23,596 nucleotides of DNA from Nanobdellota archaeon (lineage in GTDB: Archaea; Nanobdellota; Nanobdellia; Pacearchaeales; GW2011-AR1), in assembly GCA_038044285.1 (NCBI GenBank), contig JBBTAH010000031.1:1-23596 (forward strand), given 5' to 3'. Shown here in pieces: positions 8,184-16,939 of this stretch (positions within the stretch are counted from its first letter, which is position 1; each line of letters opens with the position of its first letter). The translations under genes were made by a program, and so were the position numbers. The notes under the pieces are model-generated. The model was not told the origin of the DNA, made no database searches, and saw only the letters and a program-made list of their open reading frames with translations.

Positions 8184-10685
8184 TTATTGCTTTTCAAGGA
8201 ACTTTTTATTTTTATTTATGAAATTTATATTCATGTTTGCAATTTCAAATGCGTTGGCTTTTGTGCGTTCGTATTGTACTTTATTTGTTTTGAGGAATTT
8301 TGATATTTTTCTGAGATATTTTTTGTTTGTTTGCGTGACGATTAGCGCGTTTAATAAGTCTTCAAAAATGTAGTGGCTGTCTTCGTATTTTTTTAAAATT
8401 GGAAAGTTTTTTTCAAACCATTTTTGGATGGTTTCTCCTGCTTGGGGGTTGGCTGGCAGATTTTGGAAAATATATCTTAAGTCCTGGAATCTTACTTTTT
8501 CTGTTAGCGCAAGATCTAGTGCTTCTTTTATTATTTTTGGCTGTTTGAACTGATATAAACCTACGAGCAATTTTATTTTAAGCTCTAGGTCTTTCTCGTT
8601 AAGATAGCTAGAGAGCATTTCTTTAAACTCAGATTCTGCGCCGTTTCTTGCTACTATGTAATATACTGCATCAGCTATATTTGTGTTTATTTCATTTTTT
8701 GCGTATTTTGCTTGTGCCTCCATGATTGTTTCTTTGTCTTCAGCAAAGCCGCAGAAGCCGATTGCCAATGAGCGCAGCATTATTGTTTCTGTGCTTTCTT
8801 CTGGTTGCTGGATCCAGCCGATTTCTTTAAGAATTTTCTTGTATGCCGGCAGAATTATAGATGTTATTTTTCTTTTTGCGTTAGGCCACCATGATTTATG
8901 AATGCAGAGCCGCTCTAGTTTTCTAATATTATTTGCTATGTCTGCCAAGATTATGAAACTATTTTCTTTGGAGTAGGAGTTTAGCAGCGAAATATACTCT
9001 TCTATTTTTTCTTGTCTGATTAAACATAATACCCATAGGTCGTTGTGTATGCCGTATCTGTCTATTGCGCTGAATTTGTTTTTTTCAATTAATTCTCCGA
9101 GGTTTCTAAGTATTTGTTTTGGATATTTGGTGCGATAGAATCCGTATTGATCATGGTTTAATTTTAGATATCTTGATTTGATCTCGTATTGTTGCGAGCT
9201 TTTTTCTAGCATTTTGTTGTAGCATATTTCATTTGTTGCGATTGAGATAGGTATGGGCCATATTTGATTAGTTTTTTTATTGCAACGTTTTTGAGTGATT
9301 GTTATTTTATCTTTTTTTTGTTTGATTTCTATTAATGGATAGCCTGGCTGGGAGATCCAAGATTTCATAATATGTTTTATTGAGTTATTTGATGTTGCTT
9401 CTGCGATTGCGTGCCAAAGGTCGTGTGCTTCAGCGTTTTCATAAGTGTGTTTTTTTAGATAGTTTGACACACCAAGCCTGAATTGCTCTTCTCCGACATA
9501 CGCCTCAAGCATTCTTAAGACGCTTCCGCCCTTTGCGTAGCTAATGTCGTCGAATATTTCCTCTATTTCATCTGGACTGTTTACTTCAATCTCTATAGGG
9601 TGAGTTGTTTTTAGAGTGTCTTTGAATAGGCCTCTGAACAATTCACTTGATATATAGTCTTCCCATGTTTTCCACTCTGGTGCGAAATGGTCAACCGCTT
9701 TGTAAGCCATGTAGTTCGCGAAGCTTTCGTTAAGCCAGAGGTCGTTCCACCATTTCATTGTTACGAGATTGCCTGACCACTGATGCCAGAGTTCGTGTGC
9801 GATTATTTCAGCGACGCGTTTTTTTATTCTTGCTGAACTTTTTTCTTCATCTATAAGGAGAACTAATTCTCTGAAGGTTATTGCACCCCAATTCTCCATT
9901 GCGCCTGATTGAAAATCGGGAACTGCAATTAAATCTAGTTTTTCTAAAGGATAAGGTATTTCTGAATATTTTTCAAAATATTCTAAATATTTTTTTGCAT
10001 GCTCCAGAGCAAATTTTCCTCTTTGGATTTTTCCAGGAGTTGTCACGACTCTTATTTTTACGTCGTTGTAATTGTCCTCAAGGAATTCAAAGTCGCCAAT
10101 GCCTATGTAGAATAGATATGTTGGCATTTTTGGAGTTGTTTTGAATTGAATTGTCTTTTTGTTGTTTTGAGTTGATTCTGTTTTTATTGGCATGTTGGAT
10201 ATGGCTTGCAATTCTTTTTCTATTTCAACTGTTAAATCAAATGTTGATTTTTTGTCTGGTTCGTCGAAGCATGGGAAGATTCTCCTTGCATAAGGGGCTT
10301 CGCATTGCGTTGTTAACATGTATTTTGCTTTGCCTTCGTACTCGTATTTGCTTCGGTAAATTCCAACTAAACTGTCTGTTATCTCTCCTGCGAAGTCTAT
10401 ATGAATTTCTACATTTTGAGGAATTATTTTATTTGCTGTTATTAGAGTTAATTGCTCTAATTTTCCGTTTATTTTTATTTTAGGTAAAAGGCATTGTGTG
10501 CCTACGCAGACCGTTGCATTTTTTATTTTAAGGTTTTTTGAGTGTAATGTAATTAAATTTGTTGGTTTTTTTATAACTGTTGTTATTTCTACACTTCCTT
10601 CATAGGTAAAATTTTTTAAGTCTGGTTTTATGGTTATTTTGTAATTTGCTGGTATTATGTCGTTTGATAATCTTTGTGAAACCAT
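8184..10685 (-). CDS. M1 family zinc aminopeptidase (aminopeptidase N / tricorn-interacting factor F3-like)
   Basis: The exopeptidase motif GAMENWG is followed by HELWHQWSGNLVTMKWWNDLWLNESFA (HExxH plus a distal E). The long helical C-terminal domain is ERAP1_C-like. Confidence 0.9.
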   Translation of the reverse strand: MVSQRLSNDIIPANYKITIKPDLKNFTYEGSVEITTVIKKPTNLITLHSKNLKIKNATVCVGTQCLLPKIKINGKLEQLTLITANKIIPQNVEIHIDFAGEITDSLVGIYRSKYEYEGKAKYMLTTQCEAPYARRIFPCFDEPDKKSTFDLTVEIEKELQAISNMPIKTESTQNNKKTIQFKTTPKMPTYLFYIGIGDFEFLEDNYNDVKIRVVTTPGKIQRGKFALEHAKKYLEYFEKYSEIPYPLEKLDLIAVPDFQSGAMENWGAITFRELVLLIDEEKSSARIKKRVAEIIAHELWHQWSGNLVTMKWWNDLWLNESFANYMAYKAVDHFAPEWKTWEDYISSELFRGLFKDTLKTTHPIEIEVNSPDEIEEIFDDISYAKGGSVLRMLEAYVGEEQFRLGVSNYLKKHTYENAEAHDLWHAIAEATSNNSIKHIMKSWISQPGYPLIEIKQKKDKITITQKRCNKKTNQIWPIPISIATNEICYNKMLEKSSQQYEIKSRYLKLNHDQYGFYRTKYPKQILRNLGELIEKNKFSAIDRYGIHNDLWVLCLIRQEKIEEYISLLNSYSKENSFIILADIANNIRKLERLCIHKSWWPNAKRKITSIILPAYKKILKEIGWIQQPEESTETIMLRSLAIGFCGFAEDKETIMEAQAKYAKNEINTNIADAVYYIVARNGAESEFKEMLSSYLNEKDLELKIKLLVGLYQFKQPKIIKEALDLALTEKVRFQDLRYIFQNLPANPQAGETIQKWFEKNFPILKKYEDSHYIFEDLLNALIVTQTNKKYLRKISKFLKTNKVQYERTKANAFEIANMNINFINKNKKFLEKQ

Positions 10686-10705
10686 GCTTGTTTTTAGAAG
10701 TAAGG

Positions 10706-10713
10706 TTTAATAA
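10706..10713. promoter_or_regulatory. single shared TATA element in the 49-bp divergent spacer between the aminopeptidase and proS
   Basis: It reads TTTAATAA on the plus strand, 25.5 nt from ATG 10735. It reads TTATTAAA on the minus strand, 24.5 nt from ATG 10685. Confidence 0.45.
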
Positions 10714-10734
10714 TGATTTCTGTTTCGTTATTTT

Positions 10735-12177
10735 ATGAAAGACACCAAGGGTTTGACTGTTAAGAAGGGCGATAATTTCTCAGAATGGTATTCAGAAGTT
10801 GTGCAGAAGGCCGAGCTTGCTGATTTGAGATATAATGTGAAAGGTTTCTTGGTTTTTCAGCCGTGGAGTGTTTTGGCGATGGAGAAGATGTATTCTGTGA
10901 TGGAAAATGCTCTGAAAGCGAAAGGGCATAATCCTTATTGGTTTCCGACGGTGATTCCTGAAAGCAATTTTAAGAAAGAGGCAAGCCATGTCAAAGGATT
11001 TACCCCCCAAGTTTTCTGGGTTACGCATGGAGGGGATAAAGAACTTGAAGAGAGACTTGCTTTGAGGCCAACTTCGGAGACCGCTTTTTACCAAATGCTT
11101 GCTCTTTGGATTCGTAGTTATAAAGATTTACCATTTAAGACTTATCAGCGAGCGCAGGTTTTTCGATACGAAACTAAGGCGACGCGGCCCTTTTTACGCG
11201 GCCGCGAGTTTCATTGGATTGAGACACATTGCGCATTTGCAACGCAGGAGGATGCTTTGAAGCAGGCTTATGAAGATATGTTAACTACAAAAGAAGTTTT
11301 GCATGATGTTTTTGCTTTGCCGTTTATGTTTTTTGAAAGGCCGGAGTGGGATAAATTTCCAGGGGCTTATCGGACTTTTGCAGCTGATGTTTTGAATCCG
11401 GATGGGAGAGTTGTGCAGCAACCGTCAACTCATTTGATAAAGCAGGATTTTGCAAAAGCTTTTGGGATTACTTACAAGGATAAAGATGGGAAAGATAAAT
11501 ATGTTTATACGACTTGCTATGGACCGGCGATTTCCAGAATTTTTGCTTCTATTGTGATTGCTCATGGCGACGACAAGGGCTTGAGGTTTCCGTGGGATAT
11601 TGCTCCAAAACAAATTGTTGTTGTGCCAATTGGAAGCAGTGAGAAAATTTTGAAAAAGGTTCATGAGCTAGCTGGAAATCTTAGAGATTTTGGTGATGTT
11701 TTTATTGATAATTCTGAAAATAGTGTTGGAGAAAAGTTGAACACTTGGGAGCTTAAGGGAGTTCCTGTTAGGATTGATGTGGGCGAGAAAGAACTGAAGG
11801 CAAAGAAACTGAGTGTTTTCAGAAGGGATTTGAACAAAAAGGAATTGATTTCTGAAAAGCATTTGATGAAATACTTAACTCGTGTGAAAAAGGAGTTTAC
11901 TTTTAATTTGATTAAAGAAGCTGATAAGCTTTTTAATAATAGAATTAAGAATGCGCGCAGTATTGTTGAAATGAAGAAACTGATTGAGTCTGGTAATATT
12001 GTGCGCTGTGGATTTTGCTCTGTTTCTGTTGAGGGAGATTCATGCGCGGAGGTTGTTGAAAAGGAAGTTGGGGCGCAAGTCCGTGGGACGAGACTTGATG
12101 GTGAAAAATTTTCTGGAAATTGTGCTGTTTGCGGGAAGAAGGCACAACATGTCGTTTATGTTGCGAGAAGCTATTGA
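10735..12177 (+). CDS. proS: prolyl-tRNA synthetase, archaeal/eukaryote-like type
   Basis: NFSEWYSEVVQKAELADLRYNVKG, LALRPTSET, FRYETKATRPFLRGREFHW and the C-terminal ...VVYVARSY align by eye with the archaeal ProRS I remember (M. jannaschii). The C-terminal domain is Cys-rich. Confidence 0.9.
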   Translation: MKDTKGLTVKKGDNFSEWYSEVVQKAELADLRYNVKGFLVFQPWSVLAMEKMYSVMENALKAKGHNPYWFPTVIPESNFKKEASHVKGFTPQVFWVTHGGDKELEERLALRPTSETAFYQMLALWIRSYKDLPFKTYQRAQVFRYETKATRPFLRGREFHWIETHCAFATQEDALKQAYEDMLTTKEVLHDVFALPFMFFERPEWDKFPGAYRTFAADVLNPDGRVVQQPSTHLIKQDFAKAFGITYKDKDGKDKYVYTTCYGPAISRIFASIVIAHGDDKGLRFPWDIAPKQIVVVPIGSSEKILKKVHELAGNLRDFGDVFIDNSENSVGEKLNTWELKGVPVRIDVGEKELKAKKLSVFRRDLNKKELISEKHLMKYLTRVKKEFTFNLIKEADKLFNNRIKNARSIVEMKKLIESGNIVRCGFCSVSVEGDSCAEVVEKEVGAQVRGTRLDGEKFSGNCAVCGKKAQHVVYVARSY

Positions 12178-12183
12178 GTAAGT

Positions 12184-12191
12184 TTTTTATA
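12184..12191 (+). promoter_or_regulatory. TATA box for gatD
   Basis: TTTTTATA, the same 8-mer as upstream of gatB, with its centre 25.5 nt upstream of ATG 12213. Confidence 0.45.
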
Positions 12192-12212
12192 TCTCGTTTT
12201 ATGATGGTGTTC

Positions 12213-13481
12213 ATGGTTGAATTAAATTTTAGGCCAGGGGATTTAGTTAAGTTTAGATTGGCGCGCGAGGAAATTGAAGCGCGCGTTTTGGAGAGTTTTG
12301 ACAAGAATGTTGTGCTTGTTAAGTTGAAGAGTGGATATAATATTGGAATTCCGAAGGAAAATATTCTTGATTGTGTTGTTATTGAAAAGTTTAAAGATGT
12401 CCAAATAAAAAAAGATATTCCTCTTGCTGCTGGAAAGCCTTCTATTGGGATGATAATTACTGGCGGGACTATTGCAGCTAAACTTGACCCTAGGACTGGT
12501 GGGGTTTCATGGCTTACTGATGTAAATGAGTTTGCAAAGTTTTACCCTCGTGTTTTTGAAAAAGCTAATGTAAAGAAAATCTCTGTCCCGTTTATGGTTG
12601 CTTCAGAAAACATGACTTATGAGCATTGGGTCACAATCGCTGAACATGTGAAAGAAATGCTTAATGATCCTGAAATTAGAGGAGTAATTGTAACACATGG
12701 CACTGATACTTTGCATTATACTGCTGCTGCTTTGAGTTTCTTTTTGAGAGATTTGAAGAAGCCGGTTGTTCTGACTTTTTCTCAGAGAAGTATTGATAGA
12801 GCTTCTTCTGACGCTGAATTGAATTTGGATTGCGCTGTTACAATGGCTTTAAGTGATTGTGCTGAAGTTGTGATTGTCGGACATGCAACTGAAGATGATG
12901 ATTATTGTTTTGCTTTGCGTGGAACTAAAGTTCGGAAAATGCACACTTCTCGACGTGACACTTTCAAGCCGGTAAATTGCTCACCTCTTGCGAAAGTTTG
13001 GCCTGATAGAATTGAGTTTTTGGATAAATATTGTGCTCGTGATTCTGGTCTTACTAAGTTGGACGCTTCTTTTGATGAAAAAGTTGCTTTGGTATATTTT
13101 TATCCTGGGCAGGACCCTTCAATTTTAGATTATTATCTTGTGCAAGGCTATCGCGGAATTGTGATTGCAATGACTGGGCTTGGACATGTTGCTATGGGAG
13201 ACGTGAAACATTCGTGGAGAGCTACTTTGAAGCGCCTCATTAAGCAAGGCATGGTTGTCTGCGCGGCGCCTCAGACTTTATATGGCCGACTTAATCCTAA
13301 AGTTTATTCTCCTGGGCGAGACTTAGAGGAGCTTGGTATAATTTATTTAGAAGATATGCTGCCTGAAACTGCTTTTGTTAAGTTAGGCTGGGTTTTGGGG
13401 CATAAGAATTGGAAAGGGCTTGTTCGAGAGAAGATGCTGGAAAATGTGGCTGGAGAGTTTAATAGTTTACTCCCTGAGTAA
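12213..13481 (+). CDS. gatD: glutamyl-tRNA(Gln) amidotransferase subunit D (asparaginase-like)
   Basis: The asparaginase-type motifs are present: MIITGGTIAAKLDPRTGGV and VIVTHGTDTLHYTAAALSF. The gene sits next to gatE. The track ORF starts at TTG 12120 inside proS. ATGs exist at 12201, 12204 and 12213, and I chose 12213 (MVELNFRPGD...) from the TATA spacing. Confidence 0.85.
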   Translation: MVELNFRPGDLVKFRLAREEIEARVLESFDKNVVLVKLKSGYNIGIPKENILDCVVIEKFKDVQIKKDIPLAAGKPSIGMIITGGTIAAKLDPRTGGVSWLTDVNEFAKFYPRVFEKANVKKISVPFMVASENMTYEHWVTIAEHVKEMLNDPEIRGVIVTHGTDTLHYTAAALSFFLRDLKKPVVLTFSQRSIDRASSDAELNLDCAVTMALSDCAEVVIVGHATEDDDYCFALRGTKVRKMHTSRRDTFKPVNCSPLAKVWPDRIEFLDKYCARDSGLTKLDASFDEKVALVYFYPGQDPSILDYYLVQGYRGIVIAMTGLGHVAMGDVKHSWRATLKRLIKQGMVVCAAPQTLYGRLNPKVYSPGRDLEELGIIYLEDMLPETAFVKLGWVLGHKNWKGLVREKMLENVAGEFNSLLPE

Positions 13482-13602
13482 GTGTTGCAATTATAAAAAG
13501 AGACCCTATGAGTTTGGAGACTCCCATACTTAACAGATATGAAATTTATGCTGGAGAGATTAGTAAATATACCGGGACTAAAACTGATCAAAGTAGATAG
13601 TA

Positions 13603-13610
13603 TTTAATAA
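13603..13610 (+). promoter_or_regulatory. TATA box for gatE
   Basis: TTTAATAA, with its centre 25.5 nt upstream of ATG 13632. Confidence 0.5.
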
Positions 13611-13631
13611 CTCCTTTTTTGTTTGACTTTC

Positions 13632-15113
13632 ATGCATGATTATTCAAAATTAGGCTTTAAAGCAGGACTTGAGATTCATCAGCAACTTGACACGCCGAAA
13701 TTATTTTCTGGGGCGCCGTCGTTTTTAAGAAATGATGAGCCTCATTATAGAATTGAAAGAAAATTGCACGCTGTTGCTGGAGAAACTGGTGTTGTGGATG
13801 AGGCTGTTGCCCACGAGGCTGCACTTGGAAAAACATTTGTTTATGGGGGTTATCGCGATTCTGTTTCTTTGGTTGAACTGGATGAAGAGCCAGCGCATGC
13901 TGTGAATAGTGAGGCGCTTGATGTTGCATTGACTGTCGCTTTATTGCTTAATTGTGAGATTTATCCTGTTACTCAAGTTATGAGGAAGACGGTTATTGAC
14001 GGCTCCAATACTTCGGGATTTCAGAGAACTGTTTTGATTGCACATGATGGATTTGTTGATACTTCATTTGGAAATGTGCGTGTTGCAACTGTGTGTTTAG
14101 AAGAAGATTCTGCGCGTTTGATATCGCGCGAGAAAAATAAATCTGTTTATCGTCTTGACAGACTTGGAATTCCTCTTGTTGAAATTGCGACTTATCCTGA
14201 TTTGCGAAATGCCGAGCAGGTTAAAGAATGCGCTTTGAAATTGGGAGAGATTTTGAGGGCTTGCCGCGTGAAGAGAGGAATTGGCACAATTAGACAGGAT
14301 GTTAATATTTCTGTTTCTGGGCATGATAGAGTTGAGATTAAAGGATTTCAGGATCCAAAAATGATGATTACTACGATTGATAAGGAAATTGAAAGACAGC
14401 TTTTGGATTTGAAAAATAAAAAATTGTCTGGAAATTCGAAAGGCGCCAGAGATTTATTGCGCGGCGATGTTAGAAACGCTTTGCCCGACGGCTCTTCGGA
14501 GTTTTTGAGGCCGATGCCAGGCGCTTCGCGAATGTATCCTGAAACAGATTTGCCTCTTTTAAGAATTGGGCTTGAAAAAGTTAATAGGATTAAGAAAAAT
14601 TTGCCCAAGCTTAAATCGGATATTCGCGATGAACTGAAAAAGAAAGGACTTACTGATGAGATGATTAAACTTGTTTTGTCTGAGAATTATTATTTTGATA
14701 GCTTTGAGAATTTGTTAAATATTTATAGCAAAGATGCTAACTTGATTGCTAAGATGGTTGTCTTGTGGCGAGAAGAGATTGCTACTAAAACTGGAAAGAC
14801 GATTGACGGCGTAATGAAAGTTTTACACGAAAGAGTTTTAGAGCAGATTCTTGAATTAGTGCGTGACGGCAAGCTGGAAAATGGCGATGTCAAATCAGTC
14901 ATGATGAAAATTGCAGAAGGTGTTAAGTTTAGCGATGCTGTTAAAATTGATAAAATTAGCGATGATGAAGTTGAGATTTATGTTAGGGAAATTGTTAAGG
15001 AAAAACCTGGAATGCGGGCGAATGCATATATGGGAATGGTGATGGCTAAATTTAAAGGCAAGATTGACGCGAAGAAAGCGATGGAAATTATAGATAGAGT
15101 TGTTGGAAAATGA
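13632..15113 (+). CDS. gatE: glutamyl-tRNA(Gln) amidotransferase subunit E, short form (493 aa)
   Basis: YSKLGFKAGLEIHQQLDT, SLVELDEEPAH, MRKTVIDGSNTSGFQRTVL, LDRLGIPLVEIAT, RGIGTIRQDVNISV and LRPMPGASRMYPETD are GatE-type blocks, and gatD lies directly upstream. The start is set at ATG 13632 rather than the track's TTG 13623, based on TATA spacing. Confidence 0.85.
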   Translation: MHDYSKLGFKAGLEIHQQLDTPKLFSGAPSFLRNDEPHYRIERKLHAVAGETGVVDEAVAHEAALGKTFVYGGYRDSVSLVELDEEPAHAVNSEALDVALTVALLLNCEIYPVTQVMRKTVIDGSNTSGFQRTVLIAHDGFVDTSFGNVRVATVCLEEDSARLISREKNKSVYRLDRLGIPLVEIATYPDLRNAEQVKECALKLGEILRACRVKRGIGTIRQDVNISVSGHDRVEIKGFQDPKMMITTIDKEIERQLLDLKNKKLSGNSKGARDLLRGDVRNALPDGSSEFLRPMPGASRMYPETDLPLLRIGLEKVNRIKKNLPKLKSDIRDELKKKGLTDEMIKLVLSENYYFDSFENLLNIYSKDANLIAKMVVLWREEIATKTGKTIDGVMKVLHERVLEQILELVRDGKLENGDVKSVMMKIAEGVKFSDAVKIDKISDDEVEIYVREIVKEKPGMRANAYMGMVMAKFKGKIDAKKAMEIIDRVVGK

Positions 15114-15185
15114 GCAAGAAAATAATGCTGTGCGGGCTGTTAGTTAGTTTTATTGTGTCACTATAGAGTTAATCTATACGAAAGG

Positions 15186-15193
15186 TTTTTAAA
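15186..15193 (+). promoter_or_regulatory. TATA box for the orphan plus-strand gene pair
   Basis: TTTTTAAA, with its centre 25.5 nt upstream of ATG 15215. Confidence 0.45.
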
Positions 15194-15214
15194 GATGGTT
15201 TTTTGTTGTTTTTA

Positions 15215-16939
15215 ATGAAAATGGATTTGGACGATGCTGAGTCGGTTGATAGTGTACAGATTATTCTTCCTATTTGGGATAAATTGAAAGTTAGAAATGC
15301 GATGAGGCATTTGGGAGAATTTATTAGAACTTCTCCTATACGGGGACGGGTTAGTATTGATGATGACGGAGGAAGTAGTTCGATTTTTTTAAAGGCGAGA
15401 GACAGGGGTGCTGGCAGGTCTTTGTTTCAAGCTCGAGATTTATTGAGAAAAGCTGTTTTAGAAATAGGAATTGATAGTGGTAATGTTATTGTTCATCCTT
15501 ACAATGACTCTTCTGGTAGAAGGACGTCTTCTAGTGGAGTTAATAGTAATGAAAAGACTTTGAGTGCTATGCAAGCCCAGATAATTGATTTGAGGGAGCA
15601 ACTTGTTGGGAAGATGAATGAGATTGGTGAACTGCAAACATATCAGGCAGATCTGGAAGCTCGCTTGGTCAGCGCTAATGCGCCAATTTCTAGAAGAGGG
15701 GATTTGCATATTTTGGAGTCTGTTAGACTGGGGAGAGTTAAAGAATTAGCTGAGACTTCAAGAGCTTATGCTGATGCTGAAAGAGATTTTAAGTATGAAG
15801 AGGGAAAGGACCATAACCAGCAGCTTATTGATGCAGCAAGAGCTTCGCGCAGTGATTTTGAGAAAACTGAATTTTATGCGCAGAATTCGAAATTAATAGA
15901 AAAAGCCAGAGAGGCAATTGTGCGGGCAGAGAATGATCCTTTTGTTAATGTTGAAAGAGCTAAGAATTTGCTTGCTGAAGTTGAGGCTAAAAAAACTGAG
16001 CACGATAATAAAAAACAAAATACTGAAAAAATCAGAGCTGCGCTTGACGGGAAGAGGGTGCTTTATCAAGTTATTTCTGAAGAAGACGGCGAGAATTACA
16101 AAATTAGTGTTGTTATGCCAATTCAATATCAAGAAGATATGAAGAATCATTCTGCTTTGGAGCTGGATTTGATTGCTCATGTGCATGATCAGTGGAATAC
16201 TCTTAGGTCCGATACTCCAATTAAAGGATTTAAACGCGAAGGAAGACTTGGAGTTGTTGCTTATAATTATTTTATACCTCGCACAGGTATGTCTCCTGAA
16301 AAAATCAGAGCTGTTGAAGATAAAATAGTTAATGCACTATTTAATTCTCAGAGAGATTATGCTTTTGGAGCCTTTGGCTTGAGAGTTGATTTGGAAAAAA
16401 TTACGAGCACTGCCGGACAAAGATTAGAAGGCGAGGTTTATTCTTCAGAACCTCGGGCTGTTGCTGATGATGCTCCGAAGAAAAGAGAGAGAACTTCTGC
16501 AGAAAAAGCAACGATAACAAGACCAGAAGGAATGAAATTTGGAGGAACAACTTCACTTGAGTATGGTGGGGGGATAACTGCTGAGCAAGTTGATGTCAGG
16601 GTTTCAGAGTCTTTAGCAGCAATAGATAGAAATGTAAATTATCAGGGCTTGCCAAATATTAGTGGTTGGGGAAGAAGTACGAGATCACAAGCTTTAGTTA
16701 TGGGGGCTATTCGGATTTTGGCGGAAAGCGGAAGAACATTCTCATCTCAAGAATTGTTGGAAGCTTTAAAAAAAGTGATTCCAGAATTGGACAATTATTT
16801 AGGCAATGAGGTAGCCAACAATAATTTGAGAATTGGTTTGATTCACTTTAATAAGAAATTTGGGATGCTTGAATTTATAAAAGATCCCGCGACAAGAAGA
16901 GTTAGCTATAAAATAAAGGAGCAATACAGAAGACAATGA
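15215..16939 (+). CDS. hypothetical protein (574 aa): N-terminal globular domain, Ser-rich linker, long predicted coiled coil, central domain, possible C-terminal winged-helix
   Basis: A long uninterrupted ORF. The start is set at ATG 15215 (the track uses TTG 15203). Residues roughly 120-290 are heptad-like and charged (LSAMQAQIIDLREQLVGKMNEIGELQTYQADLEARL ... AKNLLAEVEAKKTEHDNKKQNTEKIRAAL). The last 85 or so residues (SQALVMGAIRILAESGRTFSSQELLEALKK...RRVSYKIKE) look wHTH-like to me, but this is a weak call. I recognise no family. Confidence 0.7.
   Translation: MKMDLDDAESVDSVQIILPIWDKLKVRNAMRHLGEFIRTSPIRGRVSIDDDGGSSSIFLKARDRGAGRSLFQARDLLRKAVLEIGIDSGNVIVHPYNDSSGRRTSSSGVNSNEKTLSAMQAQIIDLREQLVGKMNEIGELQTYQADLEARLVSANAPISRRGDLHILESVRLGRVKELAETSRAYADAERDFKYEEGKDHNQQLIDAARASRSDFEKTEFYAQNSKLIEKAREAIVRAENDPFVNVERAKNLLAEVEAKKTEHDNKKQNTEKIRAALDGKRVLYQVISEEDGENYKISVVMPIQYQEDMKNHSALELDLIAHVHDQWNTLRSDTPIKGFKREGRLGVVAYNYFIPRTGMSPEKIRAVEDKIVNALFNSQRDYAFGAFGLRVDLEKITSTAGQRLEGEVYSSEPRAVADDAPKKRERTSAEKATITRPEGMKFGGTTSLEYGGGITAEQVDVRVSESLAAIDRNVNYQGLPNISGWGRSTRSQALVMGAIRILAESGRTFSSQELLEALKKVIPELDNYLGNEVANNNLRIGLIHFNKKFGMLEFIKDPATRRVSYKIKEQYRRQ

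Noticed and set aside
12120-12212. The 31-codon N-terminal extension of the gatD ORF in the track (MCCLREEGTTCRLCCEKLLSKFFISRF...)
   Set aside because: It starts at a TTG inside the proS coding region and overlaps the proS 3' end. The extension has no GatD-like sequence. The TATA spacing points to ATG 12213.
13623-13631. TTG start for gatE in the ORF track
   Set aside because: ATG 13632 lies three codons downstream and sits exactly 25.5 nt from the TTTAATAA box. The TTG is probably an artefact of the longest-ORF rule.
15157-15178. The sequence cactatagagttaatctatacg resembles the 5' part of the tRNA-Arg (CCTATAGTTTAACGGATAG) and could be an att-like remnant marking an island border
   Set aside because: Only about 6 and 4 nt match exactly, the sequence is AT-rich, and it is in the opposite orientation to the tRNA gene 7 kb away. 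No integrase is present.
15203-15214. TTG start for the first orphan gene in the ORF track
   Set aside because: ATG 15215 fits the TATA spacing. The TTG would place the start only about 13 nt from the TATA centre.
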